The position numbers and the translations under genes were made by a program. 64,000 nucleotides of DNA, from the NCBI GenBank assembly GCA_023920165.1, contig CP089277.1, forward strand, positions 2,728,001-2,792,000, given 5' to 3'. This document shows positions 12,216 to 24,900 of this stretch, in pieces (the first letter of the stretch is position 1; each line of letters begins with the position of its first letter). The notes beneath the pieces are model-generated. The model saw only the letters and a program-made list of their open reading frames with translations, did not search any database and had not been told where the DNA came from. Origin of the DNA: Curvularia clavata (lineage: Eukaryota).

Positions 12216-14456
12216 TCAACAAAATGTCAAGATTTGTGTCGCACACTGTCCAGCTTCTAGTGCTGCAATTGCCTCTCCATCCATGAGACCCTGCACGTAA
12301 GCCTCGCCCAGGACTTGGTAACAGTCGCCGAAGGGGCGTATCACGAGAGGTGTGCTGCATCCAAATACTATAGCAACAAGATCGCCTTCTCGTGTTTGCT
12401 CATCGGAACCGCCGTAGATGTTATCTGGTGCCCAACCCAGATAACCTCTGTGCGTCGTCATGAACCGCCGTTTTTTGCAGCTGCGATCAAAGCAAGAATA
12501 AGCTTCGGTATAAACGAACTCGGAAGCGTCTGGAGGAATCTCTTCTGAAAAGAAGTCATCGAACCGGTCTTCTCCAAGAGGGAAATCTCGCATGCCAGCT
12601 CGAAATTGTTCCCAGCGAAAGTAGTATCCCTCCTGGCTGGAGAGAAAATCCCACCCCCGCTCTTTGAATTGCGGGCCTCCGATAGCAAACGTAGATGGGA
12701 GACTGAAGATGGCAGCGTGCTGAGGCCCTGATCTCTTACCATATGCAACTCTGTCGCAGGTCAGAGTACGATACAAAGCCTCTGCTGTGGCATTGCGATT
12801 GCCATATGCACTCTTCCAAATTCGAGGAAACACGATGCTGTCTTTACAACGCGAAAAATATCCTACCCCACGAGCGGACAGACCGGAAACGGCGTCTACA
12901 ACAATACCAGTGCATCTTAGCCAGGATGTTTTGTCATCGAATACGGCGTCATGCTTTCGGTCGCCACTTGCACGGTACGCTGAGTCGTGTCTACACCCAG
13001 GATCACGTGAAAACAGATACGCAGGGCCCCATATCTGTTGATCATGGCGAGTCCATCGTAGCCTACCACTCCATGACCAATCTGCTGCCCAGGAAAGGCC
13101 TCGGGCAGGACCCCACGGATTTCCTTCTTGAAGGGCATCCAAGCTGTTATCGAAATGCATGAAAGCCCTTGCCGCGTCCCGATAGACTTCGCATTCGGGC
13201 AAAGTATAATCTGGACGTAAAATATTTGCGACGGCAGGAGCCATTAGACCAACCAAGGCATACACCTTATCTCTCTTGTCCGTACAATCACCGGAATTCG
13301 CAAGGTCCAACAGTCTCTCAAAGCTGAAGCCTGCAGCTCTTTGCGCATCCCGCATGCTGAGAACAGAGAGATCTTGGTATACAAGATGTAAGCTGCCAGT
13401 CTGCCACGTATGTTCAGTATGGAAACCCATGTTCCAGGCAGCTGTTTGGAGGCAACGATCTTTAATGATCCATAGATACTCTTGTAACACAGCAACGCCG
13501 CTACAGAATGTGGTCCAAGATAGTGTAATTTTGCCACATCGGATCCAGGTGGCGGTAGAGCCCATGATTACTTCTTGGATAATCCATAATCGAAACCAGT
13601 ATGGACGGTTCATCAATTCTTGAAGCCCTATCCATTGGTTTCCGCGATAAAGCATGGGATCTGCTTTCATCTGGGCGGCAAACTGATCGATACATCCACT
13701 CGCCTTAATCTCGGCAAGGTCGTGTACGAGTTGTATCGCTGCGCTGCTTGAGTCGCTTTCCTCGCCTAACCACGCAATAACTGACCACGCACTTCCGTAA
13801 ATGTCGCGCATCATCTTGATTTGGGAAGATCGCTCTTCGAGATCGTCTTGATTGATACAAAGTGCATCGACCCATAGCTTGAACTTATCATTGAACTCAC
13901 ATCCTCTACGAAACATCCTTAGAGCCGCTTCTAAATTTGCAGTTACAAGCACTTCATGGCCGTTGAGCAGTACAGTCCGCTTGTCGCTTTGATCCCCCCA
14001 GACGTACGAAAGCGCAGCGAAGTCTCCCCAGTTGAAGCGATAGAGACTGGGGCAAGGCTGAGTACTGTGCATCCGTCGTAGAGACGCTAGATTTGCTAGT
14101 TGAGGAGAAATTCGATTGCTTGCCCAGTCTTGCATGGTGGGCGAAATAGAATCTTGTGTAAATTTGAGGTAATCAGTAGTATGGTCGTCAAGAGAATAGA
14201 CTTGCATGCGACAGCGAACAGGTTGAGAAGCATCTTCAACTCCAGGCACAACAGTGAGAAGCCTTATCTCGCGATTCGAATGAGAGAGCCTTCGATAGAC
14301 CGGCTCATTTGACGAGTTTTCATAGCCTGTAAGAGGCGCCAACCAGTCCGTAGGAAATGTATACAAGCCTGAAGGGGGTCCTTGGGATGTTATCTCCATG
14401 TCATCGACATCATCGGCTCGAGGTGGGATGGAAATATGTGGATCCGGGGTATCCAT
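12216..14456 (-). CDS. HET-domain (heterokaryon incompatibility, HET-6-like) protein
   Basis: EIRLL, ALSYVWG, LWVDALCINQDD..ERSSQIKMMRDIY, YWFRLWIIQE, DKVYAL and C-terminal GEAYVQGLMDGE. Start placed at MDTPDP (14456); the upstream ATG at 14615 is also possible. Confidence 0.93.
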   Translation of the reverse strand: MDTPDPHISIPPRADDVDDMEITSQGPPSGLYTFPTDWLAPLTGYENSSNEPVYRRLSHSNREIRLLTVVPGVEDASQPVRCRMQVYSLDDHTTDYLKFTQDSISPTMQDWASNRISPQLANLASLRRMHSTQPCPSLYRFNWGDFAALSYVWGDQSDKRTVLLNGHEVLVTANLEAALRMFRRGCEFNDKFKLWVDALCINQDDLEERSSQIKMMRDIYGSAWSVIAWLGEESDSSSAAIQLVHDLAEIKASGCIDQFAAQMKADPMLYRGNQWIGLQELMNRPYWFRLWIIQEVIMGSTATWIRCGKITLSWTTFCSGVAVLQEYLWIIKDRCLQTAAWNMGFHTEHTWQTGSLHLVYQDLSVLSMRDAQRAAGFSFERLLDLANSGDCTDKRDKVYALVGLMAPAVANILRPDYTLPECEVYRDAARAFMHFDNSLDALQEGNPWGPARGLSWAADWSWSGRLRWTRHDQQIWGPAYLFSRDPGCRHDSAYRASGDRKHDAVFDDKTSWLRCTGIVVDAVSGLSARGVGYFSRCKDSIVFPRIWKSAYGNRNATAEALYRTLTCDRVAYGKRSGPQHAAIFSLPSTFAIGGPQFKERGWDFLSSQEGYYFRWEQFRAGMRDFPLGEDRFDDFFSEEIPPDASEFVYTEAYSCFDRSCKKRRFMTTHRGYLGWAPDNIYGGSDEQTREGDLVAIVFGCSTPLVIRPFGDCYQVLGEAYVQGLMDGEAIAALEAGQCATQILTFC

Positions 14457-14733
14457 GATATAATGAAAAGGTATATATGTGAAGGCTACATTACATAAAA
14501 CAATCTCGTAGATATTCCAGCTGCCTAAACGACCTGTTCGGCTGAAGACTTGGCAGGCATCTGCCAACCACCACTTCAGGCATTGGTATCGACAAATCAG
14601 TAGCTGAGAATTCATGGTTTAGCTGCAAACAAAAAAAGAACATGGTCGAGGTGAACGTGAGTTCATGCACTATTATGGAACTTTACATGGCGGTGCGGGC
14701 CCCATCGGACCCTAAAAAACCACCGAATTCGTG

Positions 14734-14750
14734 CCTCGGAACAGCCTCGG
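14734..14750 (+). promoter_or_regulatory. Two tandem CCTCGG (FarA/Ctf1-type) motifs
   Basis: CCTCGG at 14734-14739 and 14745-14750, ~180 bp upstream of a gene whose product ends in PTS1 -AKL. Confidence 0.5.
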
Positions 14751-14925
14751 GAAGTCGCGTCATCGTGGGTTCAACCTTATACATACACATCCGCTCCCAC
14801 CACCACACTCCTTAGCCAATGTACCCATTTGAAATTTGAAATTCGGTGCATCTCAAAACCTTGTGCTAGAGCTTCATTTCTGCAATTGCCTTTGTCATTA
14901 GCGCAGACTGCGAAGACTGCCCGCC

Positions 14926-15829
14926 ATGTCCAAGCTATCACCATCGCTCAAGTCACTTATCAATGCTGCACACTCACGACCCGGCCCTGTACCTGCGCCC
15001 TCAGGAATCCAAGCTATCTACAACAGGATAGAAAGAGAGGCTACAGAGCGCAAGCTTGGGCGCCCATCATGGCTAAGCATATCCACGGCCGCAACTATGA
15101 CGATGAATTCGCCCGAATCCATGATCGCCCTCTACCACACCTCGAGCAAGTCGCGCCCAGAAAGTGAAGGCGTCGCAATTGCAGAGTTTATGCGCGAAAT
15201 AGGCCTCAAGTGTATAGGTTTCAATGGCGTATGCAATCCACTCACACGAGGAACACCACCATGCTAACACCGCTCACAAGATCCCCCGCACAATCAACAT
15301 GCTAAACGCCTTCCGCGCTTCTCTCCCTCCAAATATCGTATCATCGCTGAACACAAAGCCCACGCGCTTCCCCGACCCCTCCAACATCGAGCAGATTAAC
15401 AAGCGCGGCCGCGCCCTCTGGGACGCAATCTACCGTCCTCTCGAAACAAAACTCGAGCACAAGCTCGGCGAAGCGCACCCAGACCTGCCTGTGTTCATTA
15501 TAAACAGCGAGTATGGAGGCCTCTTCACTGATCCTCCGCGTAGCGAAGGAGCAACCGTCGGGCGTATCACGACAAGCTTGATTGCAATTACGTGCTTGAG
15601 GGCGCAACAGGGTGTTGGTCCGCAGGTGCTGAGTCATGTTTTTGGGCTGAGGAAGTCATGGGAAGATGGAACGTGGAAGCAAGAGCCTGAGGCTGGTGAG
15701 GAAGAGGGAATTAAGTGGTTGGTCAGTGATGAGGGGTGCACCTGGGTGCTGGAGAAGGTGGATGAGCTGGTGCAGGCGCTGGGAGGCGGACAGGGAAGTA
15801 CTTTTGCGCCGGTAAAGGCTAAGCTATGA
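14926..15829 (+). CDS. AhpD/carboxymuconolactone-decarboxylase-like peroxisomal protein (Pxp2-like)
   Basis: Two exons (intron 15229-15280) giving [21 protein letters not shown]...[10 protein letters not shown]...HPDL...YGGL...CLRAQ...SHVFGL. C-terminal AKL. Confidence 0.75.
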
Positions 15830-16173
15830 GGGCAGGTTAGAGAAAGTGACGGATTGGAATATACCCAGATATTATTGTGTTCACTGTAAGTGCATACAAG
15901 AAATATGATAGAGAATACCGAAGTTTGACATCAAAATTGAGCGCTGATGAATTTGCTTCATCTTTTCTTCATCATTTACTTGGATACTTTATTTCGAGGC
16001 GAGCAGTTGGGTGTCGCCCATGTTCTCCTTAGAACTTGATAAAATAGAACACTTGAAAATATTGATATAACAGAAAAAAGGTCCGAGAAGAGTACGATAA
16101 ACACGCGACAACATCGTCCCCCATGTAATGGATCCCAAACTTTGGGTACCGATTAATGAATATTCTTCTGTAT

Positions 16174-16766
16174 TTATTTGCTGCCAGAAATCGTAGCATC
16201 AAAAGGCTCAGCAATAGAAGTCTGGCCCGCAGCCTTGGTATCCAACGCAATGTTGTTGTTCAATTTCTTCGTTTCATCCGCAAGTTTAGCCGCCACGTCC
16301 TGGCCTTGGGCCTGCTGAGCCTGGAGTTTGATGACTGTGGCCATGAGTTTGAGAACTTTGTTCTTAATCTTGCCGTTCTAGTGGAGAACAAGTCAGTAAA
16401 CTAAGAAAACTCGTGGTATTTGGAAACGGAGGAGCATACTTGAATCTGTGTAGCCTCGTCACCGGAAGCGGCCGCTACAGCTGTGTTGAAAGCTGATTTC
16501 TCAGCATCGTTGGCGACTTGGTTGACATTGTTCAAGAAAGTCAGGTCCGCAGGGTCGATGTTCTCCGGGTTCTGGAGATCGAGAGCAGAGAAGACAGCGG
16601 TTGCTTCAGCCTTTGCATTTCCGGCTTTGCCGCCAGAGATGGAGATGGCGTTGTATGTGGTGTCCTTGAGCACTGCTGCGCGGGCTACGAGTCCGCGCTT
16701 GTCAGGTGTAGGCGCGGCGATGCTGAGGGCTCCAAGAGCAAGGATGGTGAGAGTCTTCATGTACAT
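16174..16766 (-). CDS. Small secreted Cys-free protein
   Basis: Signal peptide plus KR propeptide site. YNAISISGGKAGNAKAEA...ANDAEKSAFN...IQ|intron|NGKIKNKVLKL...KKLNNNIALD...ISGSK*. Exon 2 is missing from the ORF track. Confidence 0.85.
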
Positions 16767-17587
16767 CTTGAAAGTGATAGGTATGTAGAAAAAGTTACGT
16801 ATAAGTGAAATATGAAAAAGAAGTTGTTATAACAGCACAGCTGAAGCTAAAAGGTACAAGAAACAAAAGGTTTGCAGCATCAAGCTAGCAGATGTTTCAA
16901 AGTAGGCAGAAGAAAGAAGACGAAATGTATGAACGGCTCAATGATAGTAAGAAACTTAAGACACCGGGTTGTGAGTGCGTTTTTGTATGCACCACCTAAG
17001 GACACACATCTAACCCATGACCCACGAGTAAGATACCAAACCTCAGGTCCTCGTTAATGCCGCCAAATTGGGGCGTTGTGTCCGGCCTGAGCGCCTCTCC
17101 AAACACCACCTCAGACGCGGGTCATATCATCGGAACTTCTGCCTCACATCGTGACAGCGCGTGGCGCCGATGGCGGTTCGCGAATTTTACCACGAAAGAA
17201 GGCACTAAGGCTGCGTCCACAAAACACCATATGTCGCCAGTGGATGGAGCGAGCATTCCTGCATGGCCTGAAATAGGCGGAGTCCGTCCCCGTTGCAAGG
17301 CTGTGAAACTGTTCAGACGTCAGAGTTTGTAACCATGCCGTGTCGCCATGCATAGGCTTGGCAAAAGCTTAACTCGCCAGAAATACCTTGAATGGTTCAA
17401 GACAGTCTGGTTCCTGAATTGAGAGTCGTGGAGAAACTCTGAAATCCCACACGACACTGAAATTTGCGTTTGAGGTGGTGCATTTTTATGGAGAAGAAGA
17501 TACACGGGTGAGTTGTTATCACAGGGTTTCGGCCATTCATTGGATTACTTAATTACATCATAAGTCACATTACGAGGAACATATTCC

Positions 17588-18699
17588 TTATGCTGCTCCA
17601 TCTCGTCCGGTCAACATGGCACCTCTCTTGCGCATGCGTTCCTCGACCATTCTCTTACTGTACCGCGTCGCATTATCGCTGGAGCTGAACAGACCTCCCG
17701 CCTTTGCATAGACAGCATCTGTGTAACTAATGTCTGGAGCAGACCAATCCATAGTGAAAGCGCTCACGCTGATGGCACCACCAGCAACAACCCATGTCTC
17801 ATCAGGAAGGCTGGTGTCGCCATTGTACTGAGCGTTGATTCCAGCAGCCAAGGGGTCCACGTTGTCCCAGGTGAACAAGCCAGTTGTCTCGTTGTACACG
17901 GCAACATCAGTGTTGGCGTTGCCATTAAGCCTGGCCTTGACAACGGGAGGCATGGTGCCATTGACAAGCTCGGGAATGTTGATATTGACTCCATAGCCGA
18001 GAGGAAGCACCTTCTGGTCCTTGGGAGTGTTTTTGATGAACTCATTAACCACCTCGAAAGTGACCTTGGCTGCTACGGCAGCAGGGTGCGAGGGACCAGT
18101 GACGTTGAAGTAAGGCACCGCCTTGTTGCTCGCGCTGGTCGCAATTCCAGGAACCGATCGCGAAATGGCAGCAAAGGTCGATCCCACAGTGCCGCTCAAG
18201 GCCATAACGAAGGGACCGAGATTTGTGCCGTAATTCGGACCGGCAATAAACAGATCGGCGGTCTGCTTCCACTCGGGGTAGTAACGCGGAAGCACGTAGT
18301 CGAGCGCTACGAAGGTACACGCCGCAGGCGTACCGTCGTAATACCAAATGTTCTTGTCAGAGGGATCGCGGCCCACCGACGGCGCGCCCGCTGGGACGAT
18401 GTTGTACTGCGATGGTGTGGTGAGGTTTGCTGATTCTGCCCAGATAACGGTCGTGCCTTTACCAGACTGCTGCTGAGCGGGTGCAACGATGAGTACTACG
18501 CTGGAGTTAGTATTAACGGCAATACCAATGAACAAGACGCAAACCCACCATCATGTCCTGCATCAACGAGCAATTTATACAGCTCTCTGAGGTTTCCACT
18601 ACCAAATCCATCATCATTGCCCATAAGAATCCTGAGCGCATCCGCAGACGACGCAAGACCCAGCGCTGCCGTCAGCGCTGTGCTAAGTTGGAACCGCAT
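17588..18699 (-). CDS. Secreted SurE-family 5'/3'-nucleotidase / acid phosphatase
   Basis: Signal peptide and RILMGNDDG; intron ~18495-18550; then VAPAQQQSGKG, DGTPAAC, GPNYGTN, SGTVG and NINIP. Confidence 0.9.
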
Positions 18700-19502
18700 A
18701 TCGGACAATTACAACCCTCGCTTTTCAACAAAGAAACAAAAGCAACACGCCCAATCGTGAAGAAAGAGCCGGTACAAGCAGCGTGACAAGCAGACGACGA
18801 GCCATGCTTGGCCTTATATCTTCTTCTACCAGCCTCCCCTTTCCGCTAGATCCGATCCCCATATATCTGCATACCTACGCCAGAAACATACTGGCGGGCG
18901 TACCATGCTGATAATCGCTGCAGGAACACAGAAACGCGGGCTCGGAATCCCCGATACCGCGGAAGACATTCTCACCTGCGCTGGCTGAGCAATGTGATTC
19001 GGTGGTGATAGAGTGTACAGGGCCGGCTTCTGGGCAGTCTAGCACGGATCCGGCAGGAGCATGCATGTGGCGGGGGATAGACTCGTGGCGAGCCCATCGG
19101 GAGTCGGCGAGAGAGACAGATTGGGTGGAGTAAGCAGATTATAACGGCATGGGATATGGATGACGGCGTGTCTAATGAATGCTGTTTTGTTGATAGTTCC
19201 CGAGATCAAAGCCGGGAACCTGGTCTAGTTGTAAGGTGAAGATAGCGGTAAGGTGCGCCCCAACCAGGAGAATGACATCAGGCTCTTCTCAAAAATATCT
19301 GAAATCAAAATGTTGATAAGTCCATAGATGTTTTCCTATACTAAGCCAATAGAATCCATTTGTCGAATAGTTAAATTTGGGTATCTCCCCCACAACGAAA
19401 ACTAAACTGCACACTCTTCTTGAGCGTCAATGCTTTTGCGGAATGCCCTTCATGCCGCGCTGTACAGTGTCATCAAAACTAGGAACAAACGCCAGCCTTT
19501 TG

Positions 19503-21568
19503 CTAAAATGTAAAGTTATTGTTGCCTCCGTACTCCATACCTGCCTCGTCACCTAAATGGTCCACGTGCATGAATTCATCGATAGAAAACGGGTCTCCCA
19601 TGCCATTGTTCATAGGAATATCCATCCCATCATGCGATTGCTGTGGCTGACTCAACGGTTGAGTCGGTGGGTCCATGCCTTCGATGATGCGTGTACCCTT
19701 TGGCACCGAGGCTCCGAAAGCGCCAATACGATCGGGTTGCGATATTATGGTCCCTCTGCCCTTGCCGGTTGCATCCCCACGAGCATTCATCCAGATGCCA
19801 TTACCTCCTTCACCATTCTTGACCGCTTTGGTAAATGGTTCTTGGAAGATAAGACTAGTTTCGTACCATCGACCTTTGACATCATCGATGTCTAGCTTGT
19901 ACGAGGGCTGTATGAGTTTCCACCAAGCAGCCGTACGGGTAACGGGCACGAGCAAGCGATTTCGCCACACCATGTCATGGACCATGCGAGAGGGTATGTT
20001 AACGTTTTGTTGTGGTGGCTTCGGGGGAAGATTGGGGTCCGGAGCGTCCATGGTCGCGTAGCTATAGACATCGCCGATGACAATCACCTTTATATGTGGC
20101 TGATTAGAAGAGGGATTGGTGAAAACCTGTTCGACAATGTCGGTGATAACCATCAAATCACTTCCAGAAGCGCCTATGCGTAGGCGAACAGGCTCACCCC
20201 TCCAAATCTTCTCGGCACCCAGGTATATGCCATTGTATTGGCGGAACTCGTTTCCTTTGTCATCCTTTGAGGTATGGAGGCGTTCGAAGAGTGTATATGT
20301 GGTATCAATGGCTTTGGCTGCCAGAATAGACGCATCAACGGAAGCGATACCTTCACCACCCTGCCCGTTGATGAGTGCTCTCCAGTCAGTGTTGCCATAC
20401 TCGAACTGTGGATTTTGCTGTAGGAAAGGAAACGTGCAGCTAGGCGCGGACCAAGCAAGCCACGGTTTAATGTGCTCGTCTGTATGTATAATCTCCTGCG
20501 GAAGGGACTCGAAGGGATGTGACAGTGGCTGGATCAGATACGACCTGTTCATAGGGTTCTCTACCATAGCCCATCTTCGTACAACAAGTCCAAGACCCCA
20601 AGCCGATGTCTTTGGCCGGAAGAACCACACCACTTCCCCGGTTCGACAAAGAAACTTGTTGTAAGTGAGGTCAACCTGCTGCTCGAGCGATCGTAGTTGA
20701 GGGAGAGGCGTCGACTGTAAAGTGGGAGGAGGCCGGATCTGCGGTGCACCAGGAGTCGATGTTGAAGCAGGAACAGGTGTAGCTGGCTTGATGATGGGAC
20801 TCGGAACTGGCGCGGTCATTGAGGGTTGGCGGGCAGGTATCTGCACTACAGGATTGCGGCTGACAACGACATTATTGTTCTGTGTATTGGTGTTGTTGTC
20901 GTTGTTTGGAGCAATCCCACTGGTACTGTTTTCTCGTTTGAGAGACACTGGCTGTTCTTGTTTAGCTTCGGCTTTGGCCTGGGGCTTCTCAACGTCGCCC
21001 GCTGGAGAGCACATTTTACATGTGCAGTTGATCATATCGCTGTTCTCGTCGGTGCACAGCCATAAAAGGTGCGGGAAAAATTCGACGGGGCTCCTGAAGC
21101 GCTTCTTGGGTCCCTTGGGGTAGCCATATAGATAGGCATCCTGCCGGTCGTGTCCACCACCCGAGTGATTCTTCACCGTCTTCACTTGTCCATCCGCTTT
21201 GGTTTTGATGTGCTCGTACAGGACGTAATTATCAGGTAGCTCCCAGAGAATACATTGCTGCCATTTGTCTGCCAAAAGTCAGCTTTGCATCATCGAGCTC
21301 GCTAGGCCCGTTACTTACCCTCGTACTGCTTGCCGCCAATCTCGCGAAGAAGCATCCCGCCCAGCTTCTTCCGCCAGTCCTGGTGCTTGGGGTCATCCTT
21401 CTCAATCAGACGGTAGAAGTCGCGCTGGCCCTGATCGTTGGGCGACATGTTGAGCTGCTCTTCGGTCGGCCCGTTCCGTATAGGTCGGCCTTTGATGTTG
21501 ACAACATGCTGGCCGTCTGACTTGGATGCGAATATGGGCCAAAACTGTGTCATGGGCTGCTGCGCCAT
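19503..21568 (-). CDS. clr2: Cryptic loci regulator 2 (Clr2, SHREC/heterochromatin silencing)
   Basis: Two exons (intron ~21271-21318). WRKKLGGML, LPDNYVLYEH, DRQDAYLYGYP..KRFRSP.EFFPHLLWL..CTCKMC (Clr2 N domain); R.GEVVWF, GIYLGAEKIW.GEPVRL and VKGRWY (Clr2 C domain). Confidence 0.88.
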
Positions 21569-21953
21569 GGTGAGCGACGGTGGTGCGCCGACTGCGCAGA
21601 ACTTGGGAGAGCTTCTTTGCTAGACGTGTGCAAAGGGTTTCGCGACCACATGCGAAGGCGCTTCGGACTTACTCGGCGTTATGGACAGGCGCGCTAGGAC
21701 GCGTCTCAGCCCTGAAAGTCGCCGCCAAAAGCATCGGGATATGAGACGTCATTTTTTGGTTATGCCCTTCATGCGTAGACTCACTCTTCACCACTCATGG
21801 CCTTATGTGGGATTCTAGGCCCTTTGCTCTATGAGCCTTGTGACGTCAGGCTGTTTGATCAAATGAAATCGATCCCTCCCTACACTTTTCTTACCCTAAA
21901 CACTTGTTCACTCTAAAGCTAAGCAATCTGCATAATCAACTGCTTTCGCCATC

Positions 21954-24900
21954 ATGGCAAGGCAGCCTGTTATCACACTGGGGTCTCCTCAGCCGATCAC
22001 TCCGCCACGTAGACAGCGACGCGGTGGCCAACTACAAGATCTTTTAGCGCAATTTGGATCACAGAGCTCAGTCGAGTCCGCGACCAAGAAACGGCGGCTG
22101 CTTTCGCAGCAGAAGGACGAACAAATGTCGCCAATCCCTGACTGCGACACCGGACGCAAACGCAGTCTGCGGAGGCAAACAGCGGGACACCATGCGGCAT
22201 TGGATTCAAACACAGAAGACGAGCCCCTTCACTCCTCCAAAAAAGATACACGACCCGAGTCAATCCCAGCAGGCCCGAGTCCAGAAGACAGCGAAGACGA
22301 ACTCGCGCCATCCGCTCGTCCCGGCAAGACAAGCAACAGGATCGCAGCATACAAAGAAGAGCTCAAGATGGAGAAGCGCAAAAGAGAAAGGGCAAACACA
22401 GAGGGCCTGCGGCGGAGCACTCGTGGAAGGAGAAGCATAATCCTGGAATCTGACACTATGCCTACTCCGTCGTTAAGGCAGCAGAAAGCAGCGCCTTCTC
22501 CCAAACTCAACACCATTCGTAACCGCCTTCGCGATGACATAGCCAAAGGAGCCAAGGCGAGAGCAAACAACTTTCTTGTTGCTAACAAGGATTTCTTTCT
22601 GCCGCTGCTACCGAAGAACAACAAGGTAGCAAAACTAGTTGCCGAAGGGAAGGCGCAGCCTATTATCGAATACGAAGAAATCAAAGAGCAGCCCAAGGGA
22701 GTAACAGCCGTCATGAAGCCTTATCAGCTGTCCGGTCTATCGTTTCTCGTGCACCTGTATAACAATGGTTTCTCTGGCATACTCGGCGATGAAATGGGTC
22801 TTGGAAAGACGCTACAGACTCTTTCTCTCTTTCAGTATCTTGAGGAGCTCGATCAGCAAAAAGGCGTCGTATCTGAAGAGCCTCGCCCCTACCTCATCAT
22901 CTGCCCGCTGAGCGTCCTCAACTCTTGGGTCACCGAGGCCGAGAGGTGGGTGCCAGAGCTTGGCGTAATGCGTTTCCATGGCGCTATGAGCGAGCGAACT
23001 CGTCTCAAGCGAGTCGCGGCAGGTTTAGAAGACATGAAAGGGAACGAAACTTCTCGTGCGCGGCATCGAAAGCAGTTGCGCAAAGCTGGTCAGAAACTCT
23101 CCAACATGCCTGCTCGCGCCCCGTCAGACTCTTTCAAGATCGTTGTCACGACTTATGAAACTTTCCAAGCTGAGCAAGCCTGGTTCAAGCACTCCTTTGC
23201 CTGGCGCTATGTTGTTCTAGATGAGGGACACAAGATCAAAAACAGCAGTGCACAGATATCTACCGCATTAAAGAGTGTGAGTGCAGAGTACAGGCTCATC
23301 TTGACTGGCACACCACTCCAAAACAACATGTTAGAGATGTGGTCTCTTTTGACCTGGCTATATCCCAATGTCTTTGATGCAAGGACTGAAACACTGTTCC
23401 GGGAATCGTTCGATCTCAGCAAAGGCAAGGCAAACAAGCAGACCATGACAGATGCACGACGCTTGCTCGAGCTCATCATGCTTCGCAGAATGAAAGACTC
23501 CCCGTCAGTCAATCTCGGTCTACCACCTAAGGAAGAGGTGCTCCTTTACGTGCCTCTCACACCAATGCAGAGATTTTGGTACACACGTCTCCTAACTCGT
23601 ATCGATGATGGAGTGCTGAACGAAGTCTTCGCTGGTGGAAAGGAGAAAGAGAAGGTGTCTATTGAACATGAAATGAAAGAAACTCAGTTGTTGCATAAGC
23701 TCGAAGAGATGGACCAAGCGATCAGTGCTGGCAACATTGGTGATGAGTGGGCGGAGACTGCAAAGATTCTGCAAGAAGCTGTAGCGAAGGAAGAGACCGA
23801 CACAAGTGCGTCGAAAGGAGCTTGGAAGAAACTTATGAATCTTGTCATGCAGTTGCGGAAGTGCTGCTCACACCCATACCTGCTTCCAGGAGTTGGCCCA
23901 GATCCGTACTACCTTGGCGACCATGTTATCCGTGCTTCCGGTAAGTTTATACTACTGGAAAAGCTGCTCAAACATACTGTCCTTGACCAAGGCAAGAAAG
24001 TTCTTATCTTCTCGAGCTTTACCTCCACACTCGATTGTTGTGAGGACCTCTTGTCCCTTGTCAGCAACCATGGCGAGCGATTCAAGTATCTTCGCCTTGA
24101 TGGAAGTACGGCAAGAGCTCGCCGAAACTTGGATATTCGCCTTTTCAACCAGGCGGACTCAGACTACAACGTCATGCTTGTTTCCACTCGTGCAGGTGGT
24201 TTAGGTATCAACCTTACCAGCGCTCAGGATGTCATATTCTTGGACGAAGATTGGAACCCACAGATCACCCTACAAGCCGAAGCTCGGGCTCATCGTATTG
24301 GTCAAACCAAGAAGGTGACCATCTACAAGCTCTGTACTCAGGGAACTGTCGAGGAGCAGATGATGGGTCGCATCCGGAAAAAGCTTTATTTGTCGGCAAA
24401 AATCACTGAATCTATGCAAAACATACATGGCAACCAATCGACTGGAAATAAAAAAGCCTCCATTGACGAAGATATGCCACAAATGAACACATCACAGCTG
24501 ATGACACTTGTGCGACGAGGTGCACAGACGCTCTCTCATCCTGAGATCGATGTCAAGGAAATGGTTTCTTGGGATCTCGACACAATGATGAAGAGATGTC
24601 GTGACCAGTCCGCTGACTTGACTGATGTTGCGGCAAATACTGAGGTGGACGAAGATAAGTGGCTTTCAACCATGGAACGCATTGAATGCGCCGTGTTCGA
24701 AGGCAAGCGTCATCAACGCAATACCGACGACTCATACGCGGGCACTTCCTCTCGTAACATCCTTCCGGAAACGGTCACCAGAGACGACCGCCGCAAGAAC
24801 AAGAATACCACAGTCATGGTGAATGGATTTGCCATTAGTAAAGAGTCTATGGGCTGTGGCGAGTGGGAAGCGGTGCCGACTCTTGCTGGCAAAGATCCCC

